Positions 23,161-36,928 of a stretch of DNA of 64,000 bases are shown piece after piece. The stretch is from contig NC_057751.1 in assembly GCF_004010195.1 (NCBI RefSeq), forward strand, positions 9,933,457 through 9,997,456, given 5' to 3'. How positions within the stretch are numbered: the stretch's first letter is position 1; every line of letters begins with the position of its first letter. Below the pieces are notes generated by a model that had not been told where the DNA came from, did no database searches, and saw only the letters and a program-made list of their open reading frames with translations. A program made the position numbers and the translations under genes. The stretch comes from Chiloscyllium plagiosum (lineage: Eukaryota).

Positions 23161-24164
23161 GTGAGGACCGAATTTGTTGGAAGGCATATGTCGAGAGAAA
23201 ACTTTGTGCATGATTTCTGTTTGGGCAGGATGATTAAAGAGTGTTGCAGTTAAAAATCAGTATGGGAGATTGGGAGGATTGTTGAAATTCCAATGGTTTT
23301 AAACAGTTGGAACTTTGTGTTCATACTCGAATGCTGGAGGAGATAAATACTGTGGAGATTTTTCAGGGCACAATATTTGGACTCCCGAGATGCTTTAAAA
23401 TAAATTCACATGTACAGGATATGCTATCTTTAACAACTTTCAATGAATTTTGATTCAGGAGATATGATTCTGGAAGTCAAATTTTTGACCTTTCAATATT
23501 TTCACTCTGAGAATTTGTCTTGTGATGAGCAATAATTGTATCTAACCAGATCATTTAAGTTGTTAGACACTTCAGGGGGCTGCCACAAATGGATCTCTCA
23601 AATTTCGTTTTGTATTTGCCACAGTTTCAAAGCTAACAGCAATATATTTAGGACATACTTGATTGTAAAGTGAACCATTTCGGCCTACAATTCATGAGGC
23701 AATGATTTGTGGCTTCACCAAAGTAGAATGCACATACTCTAATGGATGCAATGTGTTGGGTTTTCAAAAAATAAGTATTTTCTGTTTGCATGTTGCTCAC
23801 TTGTTAGCATAGGTGTTGAAATGGACGACCTCCAGTTTTGAGATAGTTTCTGGCATAAGTGTACATGTAAGAGGGATAAACAGGTTAATACTAAGGGAAT
23901 TCCACTTCTGAAACATGAGTGAAGGAAGGTTGATTCTGCAATTTTGAGCATTTATTTTTTATAAGTGATCCGATCACTGGAGCCTGTGTTATGTTGCCAG
24001 TTTTCCAAGTAGCCCTTTGTTTTCCCATGAACTATTTTCTTCTGTATGGCTTTCACATTTCTGATTTTATTTATTCTTTAATATCCTATTGCTTTCACTT
24101 CGACCACGTTATTATTCTCTCTCAAAGACTTGGCAACTATTAGATATACTCTTGTATGTAATTA

Positions 24165-24470
24165 TTTTGATCAGATTGCTTACAGTGTGGAAACAGGCCC
24201 TTTGGCCCAACAAGTCCACACCGACCCTCCGAAGAGCAACCCACTCAGACCCATTCCCCTACATTTACCCCTTCACCTAACACTACGGGTAATTTAGCAT
24301 GGCCAGTTCACCTAACCTGCACATCTTTGTGACTGTAGGACGAAACCGGAACACCTGGAGGAAACCTACACAGACACGGGGAGAATGTGCAAACTCCACA
24401 CAGACAGTTGCCCAAGGTGGGAATTGAACCCGGGTCTCTGGCGCTGTGAGGCTAACCACTGTGCTGCTGC
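24165..24470 (-). mobile_element. tRNA-derived SINE, HE1/V-SINE-like
   Basis: The reverse complement has a tRNA-like head (gtggttagc...gggttcaattcc), the central gtggagtttgcacattctccccgtgtctg domain and a CR1-like tail (gttgggccaaagggcctgtttcc). Confidence 0.85.
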
Positions 24471-25235
24471 TTTTGTGTTGCTTTTCATATTTTTGATTTT
24501 TTTTTCTCACATCTACAGTATTGTGCTGTAGATGAATACATTGTGGTTTCTTTCAAACAGCAGTTACACAGTGTATGAATGAAATAATTCAGTAGCCAGC
24601 GCTACACAAGTTCTTGAGATTTTTACATGGAAAATGTTCACTCTTCAAGAAAACTTGTGGAATGATCTGCAGAAGCCTCTTGGCAAAGCGGTAGTAGTGT
24701 CATCGTTACTTCATGAGACAAGTGAACTAGAACCCCATTCTAATGTGCTGGGGACATGGGTTTGATTCACCCCGTGATCAGTGGTGAAATTTGAAGTCTG
24801 GAATGAAAAGTTTGTTTGTTTATGTCCTTTAGCTGGTATGTCGTACATGTCATTGTGTGCACAGCAACGTGGTTGCCTCTTCATTAGGATATGATTTTGA
24901 GTGTTTGCTCAGACGAGCAAGTGATTCCTGCATTTCAAACAAGAATTTTAAGAGGGGGTTTATGTGAACAATGTATACCCAGTTTGATGCTTCAAAATCA
25001 CCATTCTTCTTGAGCTGTTATAGGAAGAGCATCTCATTTTTCATAACTGGAAAAGGCATCAATTGTTTGAATGCAGCCCTTGTTCCTCTAACTTGGACCT
25101 GTTTGGTGTGGGTAGAGGAAACATTAAGAAATAGCAAAAAGAAGCAGCTGGCCCTTTTCCCGCTTTGTTTAGTTTTTGCATAGTTTATTTTGTCAGAATT
25201 GTGGAGTAATTAAGGAAAATACTCTCTGTTCCCAG

Positions 25236-25393
25236 GTGTAGAAGGACAACGGGTACTCTTGGTTGCTGTCCCAGAATTTTCTACAACACAAAAAGCTTGT
25301 CTGGTGAACCTACGGACTCTTGAGTGTCAACCAATCAGCTTCTCTGCTTTCAGTGCTGGGGATGATGATGTCGAGATGGATGTCAGTCACTGA
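25236..25393 (+). CDS. POLD2: POLD2 final coding exon
   Basis: ttcccag acceptor; [51 protein letters not shown]; stop TGA 25391-25393. The ten exons sum to 1413 nt (470 aa plus stop). Confidence 0.96.
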
Positions 25394-26099
25394 GCGTGAA
25401 GACATGTTTGTTTAAAAAAGGTTTCATGTGACTTTTCATCCTCTGACACTAGCAAGCAAGATGCAGATTGCCCACTCTGCACAGGAGGGGAAGTCAATTG
25501 AGGAAGTCAGTTGCACCTCCTTTGTAACACTCCTGTCGTTGGTGTTCAGAGGGACTAATGTTGAAGAACCATGCTGCGTGGTAACTTGTTTCTACATCTT
25601 TTCATTCTGCAAAGGCAACACTGAAAGATTTTAAATCATCATGTTTTCAGCTTTAGTTTTGAAAGTGAACTCAGTCCCTTAACCTTGCCTCAATTGCATG
25701 TTTTTCAAATCAAAACAGTATCATGTTAATCATGAGTGAGACACTTTACAGCATGTCTAATTAGTGACAACATGCTGAAATTCTTAGACTTAAACCTCTG
25801 GGGATATAATGCATGAGGCATTTTTAAGTTGGTAACTTGCACTTGGTGCTTTGTTTTTAATTGGTCCCTGGGGTTTCTGAGTCTTGACATATTCAATTGT
25901 TTTGATGGAACTGATTGGACCTAACCCCTTTGCTCGCTCGTACCACCGAAAGTTAAAATGCTCCTGACAGGATAAACTTGAATAAGAGACAATGTCTTTT
26001 AGTTGTGTGCTGTGTTGGGTATTTCTTAAAACAGTTTATGCCATAAAAAATGTTGGAATCCTATAAGTTGATCCATTATATGTTTAACTGGATGTACAA

Positions 26100-26105
26100 A
26101 ATAAA
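26100..26105 (+). terminator. Candidate POLD2 polyadenylation signal
   Basis: First AATAAA I found after the stop codon (about 700 nt downstream), followed by T-rich sequence. Confidence 0.5.
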
Positions 26106-29100
26106 AGGCACTTCCATAGCGCCTAATATCTTCTTGGGGAAATTCAAATTACTTTTCTGTCATCCTGTACAGTGTACTATTTCAAGAACTCAACTTCTCT
26201 GATTTTCGTAGGGCAGTTTTAATCTGTCACTGTGTCTGGTGTAGCTGCTATCACACAGCAAGTATGATATCTTGTTTGTATTTTATTCTAGATTATGATT
26301 TGGCTTTGTAAACAAACCTGTGTGTTGACTTTCCAAAAATTAAATGAACAATAGTGTGACACACTTGGGCAGGAATAATAGAAGTATTACCTGAAGAGCA
26401 AACATCTGCAGAATTCCAAGGCTGCCAATAGATGGTAATATTAATTGCTTGCTACATGTATTTATGGAAATACAGTAAAATGTGTATGTTGATGCTGTTT
26501 TAAGCCAGTGCTGTTTTAGTTTCATAAATTATGAAAAATAAATCAGATATTCTTCGGACAAATTTCATTTTCTGTTCCATACAGAGCTTCTTGATTTGCT
26601 AAATAACGTGCTGCCACACCAGTCCCTTCCGCTGCAAATGCAAGGATGAAAAGAGCTGAAGCAGCCCCTGTCACCACTAACTAGACCCAGAAGGTCACAT
26701 CTGTCAAAAGCTGGCAGAGGCCACTACACTGAAGAAGCAGCATGCTGAGGCACCCCCGCTGCTGACTGGCCCCAAAACATTATCTCTGTCAAAGCCAAAT
26801 TGTTGCTGCTGATAGTCCTATTGCCACCATAGCTAACCCAACTCGAAGGCTGGTGCCCATCTCAACTTCCAAGAACTGATTGACTGTTCAAACTAACTCC
26901 TGAGGACTGAGAGGTCATTTCCTCTTTTGCCATTGCAGACACTGTTAAAACATCAGAAGAATAGAATGGAACCCAGTTCATCGCTGTAACAGTTGTTCAA
27001 GCCGCAATTGCCATGGCTGTGGAAATGGACTGGATCTGCCACTGAACAACTCCCCACAATTTCATTCCTCCATCGCAGCCACAGAAAAGAAGAGTTTGAT
27101 TCCCAAGTTAAATCAAGAAAAATAAAATATAAAGAAGGAAGGATGCATTCGATCACGTGAGGAGCAGATAGGTGACTCAGTGAACATCGCCTACCGAGCC
27201 ACCTCCACCATCTCAGTGCTCTGGAGCCTGAATCTCTCAAGTTTGTAAAGCAGATAGAACAGGTTATCGAAAAGATTTAAAGTCACGCCAGGCTTTGTTA
27301 CAAGCAGAATTGAACGTTCACGTACGAATGTTATCTTACGTTTATACAGGAAGTTTGTGAGACCACATCTTGAATGCCGTGTGCAGTTTGGTCTCCTTAT
27401 TTCGGTAAAAATATAAATGCATTCGAGGTGGTCCATTGGAGGTTTATGTAAAAGGTAAATTAAGTGAATGAATTGTCTTCAAAGAACGAATTGCACACAC
27501 TGAGCTTGTTTCCACTGGAATTTAGAAGAGGCCAGGGTGCCTTGATTGAAGTGTATAAGACCCTGAATATGTTCAAGTGGAAAGGAGAAAGGACCAAGTG
27601 GGTATTTAAGAATTAGGGGTTGCCATTTGCAGACATGGAGAAATCCTTTTTGAGGAGAACGGGTAAACTTTGGAACACTGTCCGAAAAGGTGCTGGAGAC
27701 ACTGCCATTCAGTATCCATTCGACATTATTTCACACACAATTTGGTAGATTCTTGTTCGCAAGGCAGTCAAAGATCGTGGTGTGTTTGGGAATATGAAAT
27801 TAAAAATACTGGGATCAGTCATCTTATTGAATCACGAAGCTGATTCAGGGTTGAATAGTCCCTCGTCCAAATGGAGATGCAAGATTCTGATCTTTGAACA
27901 GAAATGGAACTCTTGTACATTTTGGAACTTGAAGTGATTAGAGATGACCTTGCTGCTGGAAGTTGGTTAATTAATACTCAAGTCGACTGTGTGAATTGAT
28001 TTCCAATACACGGCAAGGCTTGCCCTGATTGAACATGATAAAAATGGCTGCAGAAGTTTTAAGGATTCTGAGGAGAGGAGAAGGTAAACACATTTGCAAC
28101 TTGACGGTATCAAGCTTCCAGATTGTTAAGAATTTGAACCTTTTCGGAAAAGTTCTTTGCTAAACACTTGGAGTTTGAATACGTATTGTTGTCCAACCTT
28201 AGGCAATCGCAGAGACAAGGAACTTCTCGACTGTCTCCAGGTTTTGCAATTTAAATAAAGGAAAGCTGACAAGGCCAATTATCCATAAGCTAATTGTGAA
28301 AGGCCATCATCCTCTTTAAGTTGCCATCAATATGAAATAATAACCATCTCATTACACCTGGTTTTCTGACACTGATCCTATTTTATTCTATGAGGAAACC
28401 TAGTGTAATTTGCAGAAAACACTGATGAGACTTAAGTAACAACTGATTTAATGATTTGTGAAAGAAACACTCTGAGACTGACTCTGAAAGCTCCAGGTTC
28501 AGCTGCAAAGAAATTGGTTTCCGAATAGAGCAGCCAGAAGTATATATTAAATGGTGTGCTGAATGGTCTTGAAATTAATCCTGCAGTCTGCGATCTGGAT
28601 CTGACCCCATCAATCTGAAGTTAATTGAGCTGTAGTTTGAGTGGGAACAAGTTTCTCCTTCACTGGATTGTCAAAGACAAGTAAATAAGAACTGTTCCTT
28701 TGGTTTTACTAGTTTGAGAAGTCCATTATTTTACTTGGCTTTAGTGTGATTTGTGACACAACGTGAGATCTATTGGGTGTCTGTATGATTCAGTAATGCT
28801 TTCTGTTTAAATCCAAGACAATCTGCAGATGGTGAAATTTTAGATTTATTTTCTAATCAACGTAGTCATTTTTGGCTATTGTGCTGATGGCCAGTGTATC
28901 TTGGATGAAAAGTGGTAAGGTTGTGCCTAACACTGTTCTGCTCTTTGTTTGAACACTTCTGTTTGAGAAATGTTTGAGGAGGACAGTCATCACCGTTCAA
29001 CTACAATTAAAATGAGTTAATTGTTTGCTGTTGTTTATTCTGCAAAAATAGGTTGAGAAACTTTAAGACATAAAGGAACTCTTCATTGAAAGGGCAGAAC

Positions 29101-30817
29101 AATCCTTTAGAATATTGCTTTTCCAATATTTTTAAAATAAATGTTCTCTATAACATTAGCACAACAAAACAAATCTAATTGCAATATTAAATAGAGCTGT
29201 CTCAAACAAAATCTTTCCACCAAAAATCCCAAAGTGAAGTTGAACACCACTCTTAAACTTTCATGTTGACTGGTTCAGCGTCAAATCAATCAACACAACT
29301 CTAAACATTTGCTTTTTAAAAACCAGTAAAAGTTTGTTGTTGAAGATGCATTGTTGAAATTTGCAAGTCACTGAACAGGCCAGATTGCAAGTAGTGTACA
29401 TTTAGATGAAAACTTACATGCATTTTTTTTAATCAAATGTAGAACTTGATTCTGGAGTTTTCTGTGTTTCACCTTAGTACAGTCACAGCTGCTGTGATAT
29501 CCTGAAGATAATTTCTGCATTTGTCATAGTAGTAGAATCTAAAATTTTATTAAATAGATTGTTCTGTTTATTGAAACAACGATTGATCACGTATCTTTGC
29601 AAAGATCATGAATGATTTGGTGATGTAGAGTTTCATATCAGAGGGATGATAATGCGTGGTTAGAATAAGCACCTTGGAAGCTGTTTACCAGAGAAGACTG
29701 AAATGTCTACACGTGTGTTTGCTGCTGTGGGAGTGCCAGTTCTATTTTGTTCATCTGCTCAATGTTTTAGAAGCAAGTGTGTTATGATTCAATATCCACA
29801 TAACAAGCATTTTGTTAACGATATCCCAGTCTGCTGAGTACAACAAAGGGGCAAGACTATTCAGCAGTGATCTGTGGGTTGCTCTTGAAATGAGTATCCA
29901 TTTTAGAGATATGTGAATGAAAGCTTTCTCGTTATTTAACTCTGACTTAACTCGTCTCCAAAGCCAATTTGTTATTTCATGTGTTGATAATTCAACTCTA
30001 TTTTTTAAATCGAACCATGTGACTCTAGCTTGAATCTGAAGCAATAACCCTTGTTGTGCCTGAGGTCCATGGGTTTTAAGTTTTGGCTTCCCATGTGAAG
30101 TCGGTGCTTTGAAACTTTGTGGAGCCTTGTATGGTTTCAGTTCGGTCATGAAGTTTGTAAGGGTTGGGCATGGGGTTTTTAAGATTTGTCTTCAATAGAA
30201 CTGTTGCATCAAGTAAATTGATTTCAAATACTGTATCAGGTTAGTTTTGTTTCAGGAACAATTATATATTCTTGTGGAGTAATCTTTCTGGGACACAAAC
30301 TTGAAATACATGATTATGAGCAAGGGAAGCTAATGGAGGCTGTGGTTCTAATGTCCCTCTCCTGAGCAGTTGTTTGTATGGGTGTGTTTTGGTTCTAATG
30401 TTGGGAGCCATTGGATTGCACCGAAAATGTGGTCTGTCGACCCAGATAACACTCTCTATCTGTTTGGAGCGATGTTGGACTATAGCTGTGAACGTACTCT
30501 TTAAATACATCCCTCCAAGCAAGCCAGAAAACATTACATCAGTATCATTACATCGTTGGTTCTGGGCTAATAGTTTGTAGTTCAGATTAAGTTCGCATTA
30601 ATTTGTTAGGATCTTCATCAGATGAAATCTGTTTGCACTAAAACTTAGGTTTTAGGTATGATACAAACTCTAATGAAACTTAATGGACAGTAATTCATAA
30701 TCTTGTTCTCACTGTTATGGTGACTGATTTCTACAAGCAGGTGTTTATGCATCACAGAGCCTCTGTCTTATAACACAAAGACTGTTTATCCACATGATGT
30801 GCAAGGGAATAGATGCT

Positions 30818-31119
30818 CTATTTTGAAGTCTGCGTCTGGTTTTGGTGTTGTTTCCGGTGTCCAGCACGCACCCGAATCTTCCGGATCTTCTTTACTCTTC
30901 TTCCCCGGGTCAACAGCACATTGATGGGCTTGCGTCCAAATTCTTCCATGATTTGCTGAATCCTGTGCCAGTTGGATTTGCGTAAATTAAAGTTGCACTC
31001 GGTGGCCTCATTCTCGTATCCCACATGACATACTCGAGTACTAGGTGCATAACCCTCTGCTTTCACAGTGATGCGATAGTCACCAGGGTTCAATATTCGC
31101 CAGTAGTCCCCATCAGTTG
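30818..31119 (-). CDS. AEBP1: AEBP1 last coding exon (carboxypeptidase regulatory beta-domain plus basic tail)
   Basis: ttctag acceptor; (A)TDGDYWRILNPGDYRITVKAEGYAPSTRVCHVGYENEATECNFNLRKSNWHRIQQIM...TSK; stop TAG 30820-30818. Confidence 0.92.
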
Positions 31120-32489
31120 CTAGAAGAAATAAAAAGATGAAATCATACAAATACCTGCAAATGTTTATCACACCTGGTTATTTGTTTTTATGCAAGTACT
31201 AACCAAGTTTAATGAACCGTTACCAGTTTATGAATGTGAAATGTGCAACACAGCAAGTTAAGTTCTGACTTATATGTAAAATTTTGTTCTGATGAGTTGC
31301 CTTGATCCTATGAGCCTTCCTCACTTTATTCTCAGCATTCCTCAAAAATTTATCACATTTGTTATGTAGTCCATAAAAATAGTGGTTATGAGATTTAGGG
31401 TTGAGGAATTCGATAGCAACAACAGCCTCTACTTTCCAAAAGCCCCAAGTCAGCCATATCAAGTAAAGCATGCTCCCTCAGTCAATGTCCAACAATGTTC
31501 TTTTTAAAAAAAAAATGAAAGAATTGCAGATGCTCTAAATGAGACACAAAACCAGAAAAGCTCAGCAGTTCTGGCAGCATCTGAGTTGATGTTTTGGGTC
31601 CAGTGCCCCTCCCTCAAAAGGTTCCAGATTACCAGCAATCAGGACAACATAACACAAGCCACCATCCATTACTTTGAATGTTCACTCCCCTTACTGCCAG
31701 CATAGAGTAGCTTCATTATGTACCATTTTTAAGATGAGCTGTAGCAGCTCAGCAACTTCCAAATCTCTAACCATTACAAGCAGCAGAATTAGGTCTCCAT
31801 GTGCATGGGAATACCACCATCCAGAAATTCCCCTTGAAACCACACACCAGGACTTTTGGTTCTTGTTCTGGAGCTGTGTTCGAATCTTGGAACATCCTCT
31901 CGAACAGCAGTGTAGGTGCATCATCATGTAGACCACAATTCAGAAGGCAAGCTCACCACCACCCTCCAGGGCAACTAAGAATGAGCAATAAATGTTCACT
32001 TTGCCAGTGATGCTCAAATCCTAAATCTGCAAACTGCAGTTTAATGAGTTCAGATAAGGGCAGGAGTTTAAGCAGAGAATTCTAGTGTGCTCGAGTTGAT
32101 TCCTGTTCCTTTGCAGGATGAGACTTGAAGCAGGTCTCCCTTGTGGACACAGATGTTATCTTCTGCAAGATTGTGGATTCACCTTTCATTTCCAACTTGA
32201 TTTTTACTGGAGGATGAGTTGGCATTTCAACTTGAGTCTTTTTTTGCAGATCAGTTGGATCACTGCTGATCTGGGCCTCGCTTTTTCTGTTCCTACATAT
32301 TCCTCCATCCATACACTTCTCATCAATCTACTCTTCATGTCGATCGCTCCATTTGCCTATATCCAAAGCCTTTTGAGGAAAAGTAATTTCATGGTTCTTC
32401 ATTTTGTGTGCGTCCACCATTTTCATTCTTGAACAACTAAGCTATCATAATAAGATTATGTTCCCTTATTTTCTATTCACCATTTGTTC

Positions 32490-32650
32490 TGCACAGCCTC
32501 AGTTATCCGAACATCAATTCCAATTTCAGATGATCCGAACAAGATCTCAAGTTCCGCTATCCGTTATCCAAACAGTCCATTATCCGAACTTAGTTATACA
32601 AACAAAATACTCCTGACCTATCTTGTTTGGATGTTGGAGGTCCTATATAT
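32490..32650. mobile_element. MITE-like DNA transposon remnant (Tigger/pogo-like)
   Basis: Repeated ttatccgaa subterminal motifs with degenerate inverted ends. A related copy begins at about 61796. Confidence 0.45.
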
Positions 32651-33076
32651 GGCATCTTCTTAATCTTTCTTAATTTATCCATGTTTTGTCCCCAACTCTT
32701 GAACCTCCACCTGAGCCTCAAATTGATCAATCTGTCTCACTTTTAATCTACATCTCCATTCAAACACAAAAGTGTCAGAGATTGTCTGAACGTACACAAT
32801 ACCACGTCACTGACTGCAGGACTACTTGATACAATGGGCAATTTTGTCTTCTTCTGCAACTTACTCTTCTCTAAGATCTTAACTGCCTTATTCTTCCTTA
32901 CCTCCAACATGCTTCTCAAATTTAAATCTCGTAGCACTTTCTCAACATTTATGAATTGTCTCTATTTTTTTATAGGCTTGATGTCTGATGCAGTGAGCCT
33001 TTCTCTTTATTTTGGCAAACATAAGAAGTGCAGATAAATTGCACCAGTTGCAATTCTGCAGATGGAATTGTATTAC

Positions 33077-33176
33077 CTGTCAGTACGTCATGGTTTATCC
33101 CTTCTGTTGACACTGTTGCATTTGCAATTGCATTTCCTTCCAAGTCTCGAACAAATCCTTTGATGCCACGATGGAC
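33077..33176 (-). CDS. AEBP1: AEBP1 coding exon
   Basis: tttcag acceptor; [33 protein letters not shown]; donor gtaata; 100 nt. Confidence 0.94.
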
Positions 33177-33706
33177 CTGAAATGAAATAATATGAACAAA
33201 AGATCTTTGTCTTCAAAATATTTGGCAAAATCATTCCTGGTTTTCAAAATGTTCTTATAATTTATTCACAAGATGAAGCCAGTAAACAACCCATGCTGTA
33301 TTATTGGGCCATTAAAAAATTTTGCTTGTGCTCATTGCCTTCTGAATCAGAACTTGAGCCTTTTTGAATGCTCCAGTTGTTTTCTTACACATAAAATAAT
33401 ATTGCTTGGAGTATATAATAATTCTCAATAATAAATTAGTTTGTGTATATTTAAGTTGTGGCTTGTTTTTCTGGTAATTGTAGTTTCCTCTTTGTCCTTT
33501 AATTTTAATTGGGCATGAATGTCTGCAGACAAGCATCTTTGATGATTTCTGAAACTACGATTGAATTTTACATTAGATATTTTTATCCTTCTGAAAATTA
33601 TCTCTTCCTCTTTTCCTCTTTTTTTTTTGGTAAGTGACCCAAACTTTCAATCATTCTATGTTCCCTTTATTTTCCATAGATGCTGCCTGCTGCCCTCAAT
33701 TTTTCA

Positions 33707-33946
<240 letters not shown>

Positions 33947-34599
33947 TTAAACATACCTCTTTTCAAGATATTTTTTTATCCAGAAACATTAAATCTTTTC
34001 ACAAACTGTGTCACTGACCAGACAACATTCTTAAATGGAATAACATATGAAATACCAGCTGTACCAGTCAATAAGACAAAGGCAAATCAGGCTGGGGTTT
34101 TCACTTCACCTTCCTCCCTACCTTCTGTAAAACCCTTGACAATCGTGTTGATTGAAAATCTGTCTAAATAAGTCTTGAATTTCTTCAGTGACCCAGCTTC
34201 TATTCTTCTGAGGTCAAGGATTTCAAAGATTAAAGGTTAGCTGACAGACAAATTCTTGCTCATGTTATTCTTAAATGGGAGGCCCCTTACTTTGAAATGG
34301 CCTGCACGTTCTTGTCTCCTCTGCAATTGGAAGTATCCTTTCAACACTGACCCTGTTCAGCTTCTTCTGACTGTTTCAACATGATCACATACTGATGTTT
34401 TCTTTTATATTACTCATAATCCATTGATTGAAGCAGTTATCTGTGTTACATATGCTTATTGGCTTTTTATGGTTGATACAAATTCCCTCCCTTTGCAAAC
34501 CAACTTCTTTTACTTCAAAACATCCACAACCCAATCAATCAATTAACACAGACCCAACTAACTACTTTTTAACAGTGGTGGCATATTTCCCCACTCCGT

Positions 34600-35210
34600 G
34601 TGGGCTCTGACAGGTAGGCAGGGTGGTGAAGAAAGCATAGAGCGTGCTTGCCTTTATTGCTCAGACTATTGAATACAGGGGTTGGGATGTCATGTTGAGG
34701 TTGTATGGAATGGTGAGGTCACTTGTGCAGTACTGTGCATAGTTCTGGCCTTCCCTTAGCAAGGAAGAATATTAAGGGTTCAGAAAAGCTGTACCAGGAT
34801 GTTGAGAGGAATGGAAAGTTTCACTGGACGGTCGGAGGTTGAGGGATGACCCTATAGAGGTTGATAAAATCATGAGGGGCATAGATGAAGTAAATAGTAA
34901 AGGTCTTTTCTATAGGATGGGTTGGTTCAAAACTAGGGGGAAAAGTTTTAAGGTGACAGATGAAAGATTTAAAAGAGGAGCAACGTTTTCAAACGGTGAT
35001 TCCTGTGTTGAATGAACTGCTGGAGGAAGTGGTAGATGCAGGTTCAGTGACAACATTGAAAAGACATTTGGATACGTATATGAATGGGAAAGGTTCAGAG
35101 GGATATTGGCAAAATGCAGGCATGTGGGACTAGATTAATTTAGGAAACTTGGTCAGTGTAGACTAGTTGGACCAAAGGGTCTGTTCTATGCTGTGTAACT
35201 CTGACTCAAT
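34600..35210 (+). mobile_element. CR1/HER1-like LINE 3' fragment
   Basis: Degenerate RT C-terminus and tail gttggaccaaagggtctgtt, homologous to 2490-2895. Confidence 0.7.
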
Positions 35211-35472
35211 GATAGCTCCTGTAAGGAAGATTGCCAGTTTGATCCTGGTTTTGTCCTGTGGATCTATATCCATTTCGAAATGGTTTCTGGTTTGTTAAAT
35301 TTATTTAATGGCAACACTCGTAACCACCAGAGGGCAAGTTTGTCATCACTCCGACAGTGTGCAGCACCATGAGGCCAAACCTGTTATCTTCCTTCGGAGA
35401 TTGTTGCAGCCTGTCAGCTTAAAACTAACAAAGTAAAGAGCGATCATTTGTTGTAGTCTGCTTTGAACTATG

Positions 35473-35753
35473 TTCTGGACTAGTGGTGTTGGAAAAGCAC
35501 AGCAATTCAGGCAGCATCCAAGGAGCAGTAAAATCGACGTTTCAGGCAAAAGCCCTCCAGGAATACAGGCAGAGTGCCTGAAGGGTGGAGAGATCAAAAT
35601 CCACCCTTCAGGCACTCTGCCTGTATTCCTGATGCAGGGCTTTTGCCCGAAACGTCGCTTTTACTGCTCCTCGGATGCTCCCTGAACTGCTGTGCTTTTC
35701 CAGCACCACTAATCCAGAATCTGGTTTCCAGCATCTGCAGTTGTCGTTTTTAC
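35473..35753. repeat. Palindromic Penelope-derived insertion with target-site duplication
   Basis: Inverted repeat 35473-35719 with a perfect 32-bp inner stem (35558-35589 / 35600-35631, 10-nt loop). Flanked by ctgctttgaact at 35458-35469 and 35754-35765. Confidence 0.85.
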
Positions 35754-36928
35754 CTGCTTTGAACTGTGTATAACTTTGAAAATGTATAATTCTGCAGAAA
35801 TGTGTTGTTCATGATGATCAGATTTGAGAAAGCGCTCGACAGTGCAGTCACTGCTGTACTTCATGAAATGTGGCTCATTGTTTGCCCACACCAAACGAAG
35901 GATTTGGTTGAGGGATACATTGATCAGGATATCAGGAGTAATTACTTGCTGTTCTTCAAAATCATGCAATATGATATTCTGTGTTCACCGAAGTAAACAT
36001 TTGGGGCCTTAGTTTAACAAGAGTTCTAAAAAGCCTCTCCTATCATAAAGTTCTGCGCTCAAGTTTCGTAGTAAAGCCCTGGATTGGACTTCCCATTGAC
36101 TCGGGTTGGTGCATTATAAATGTACAATAGAGTGATTCTAAAGCTGCTAGACGTAATGGCAAAGGCAACTGCTATTTATAACATATGTTAATGTGCCAAA
36201 GGAAGAATGCAATACAAGGTCCAAGAAATATTCAACTCTTTGAAAATTCCATTAGCTTTTCCAAATTTTTATCAAATATTCATTTTGGAAATATTAAAAT
36301 ATACTTTGTTTCAATAAATAATCCGAAATTAAGAAACTTCCTTTCCATAGCCCCCACCTGAATGTGTTTAGAAATGATGCTTAACTATTTTGTAAAAATT
36401 CAGTCACCTTATTTTACTGGAGTATGTTTTTCTCTTTGAGATCTCAGGCTTACGACAGAGGGCAACATCTTTTTGCCACTTAAGTTTCAGTTTCTCAAAC
36501 AGCAGTGCAAATCCTGGCGACATCCATCCCTCCTAATTATCAATTAGCAACTCAAATCCTTTCAGTAACCTGTAGGTTTGACAATTCTGGCCAAGAATTA
36601 CAATTTATTATTGGCAAGATGATGTGGATATGATTGTAAGTAATTTTATGTGCTGCTTCGAGAATAGTGATTTCTGTTAGAAGAGCTTGTTTACTTGGCA
36701 ATAAACTTGTAGTTTTGCTGTCAGTGCAACTTAATTTACATGCAATAAATCATATTTGCATATTCTTCCTGTTTATGCAAGGTGTACCCTCTTGATTCTC
36801 TGGTAAAGGAATCTTCACAGTCCACAGACCAGTGCTTACAGCTCATTTGTGCTTAAATTCCACATCTCTGCCTCTGATATTGTGGACTATATTCCTGTAT
36901 GGTGCATTGTGCTATAATTCATACTTAC

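Noticed and set aside
29751..30534. Minus-strand ORFs of 132 and 90 aa downstream of the AEBP1 stop
   Set aside because: No similarity to the AEBP1 tail or any family I recognise. Most likely 3' UTR.
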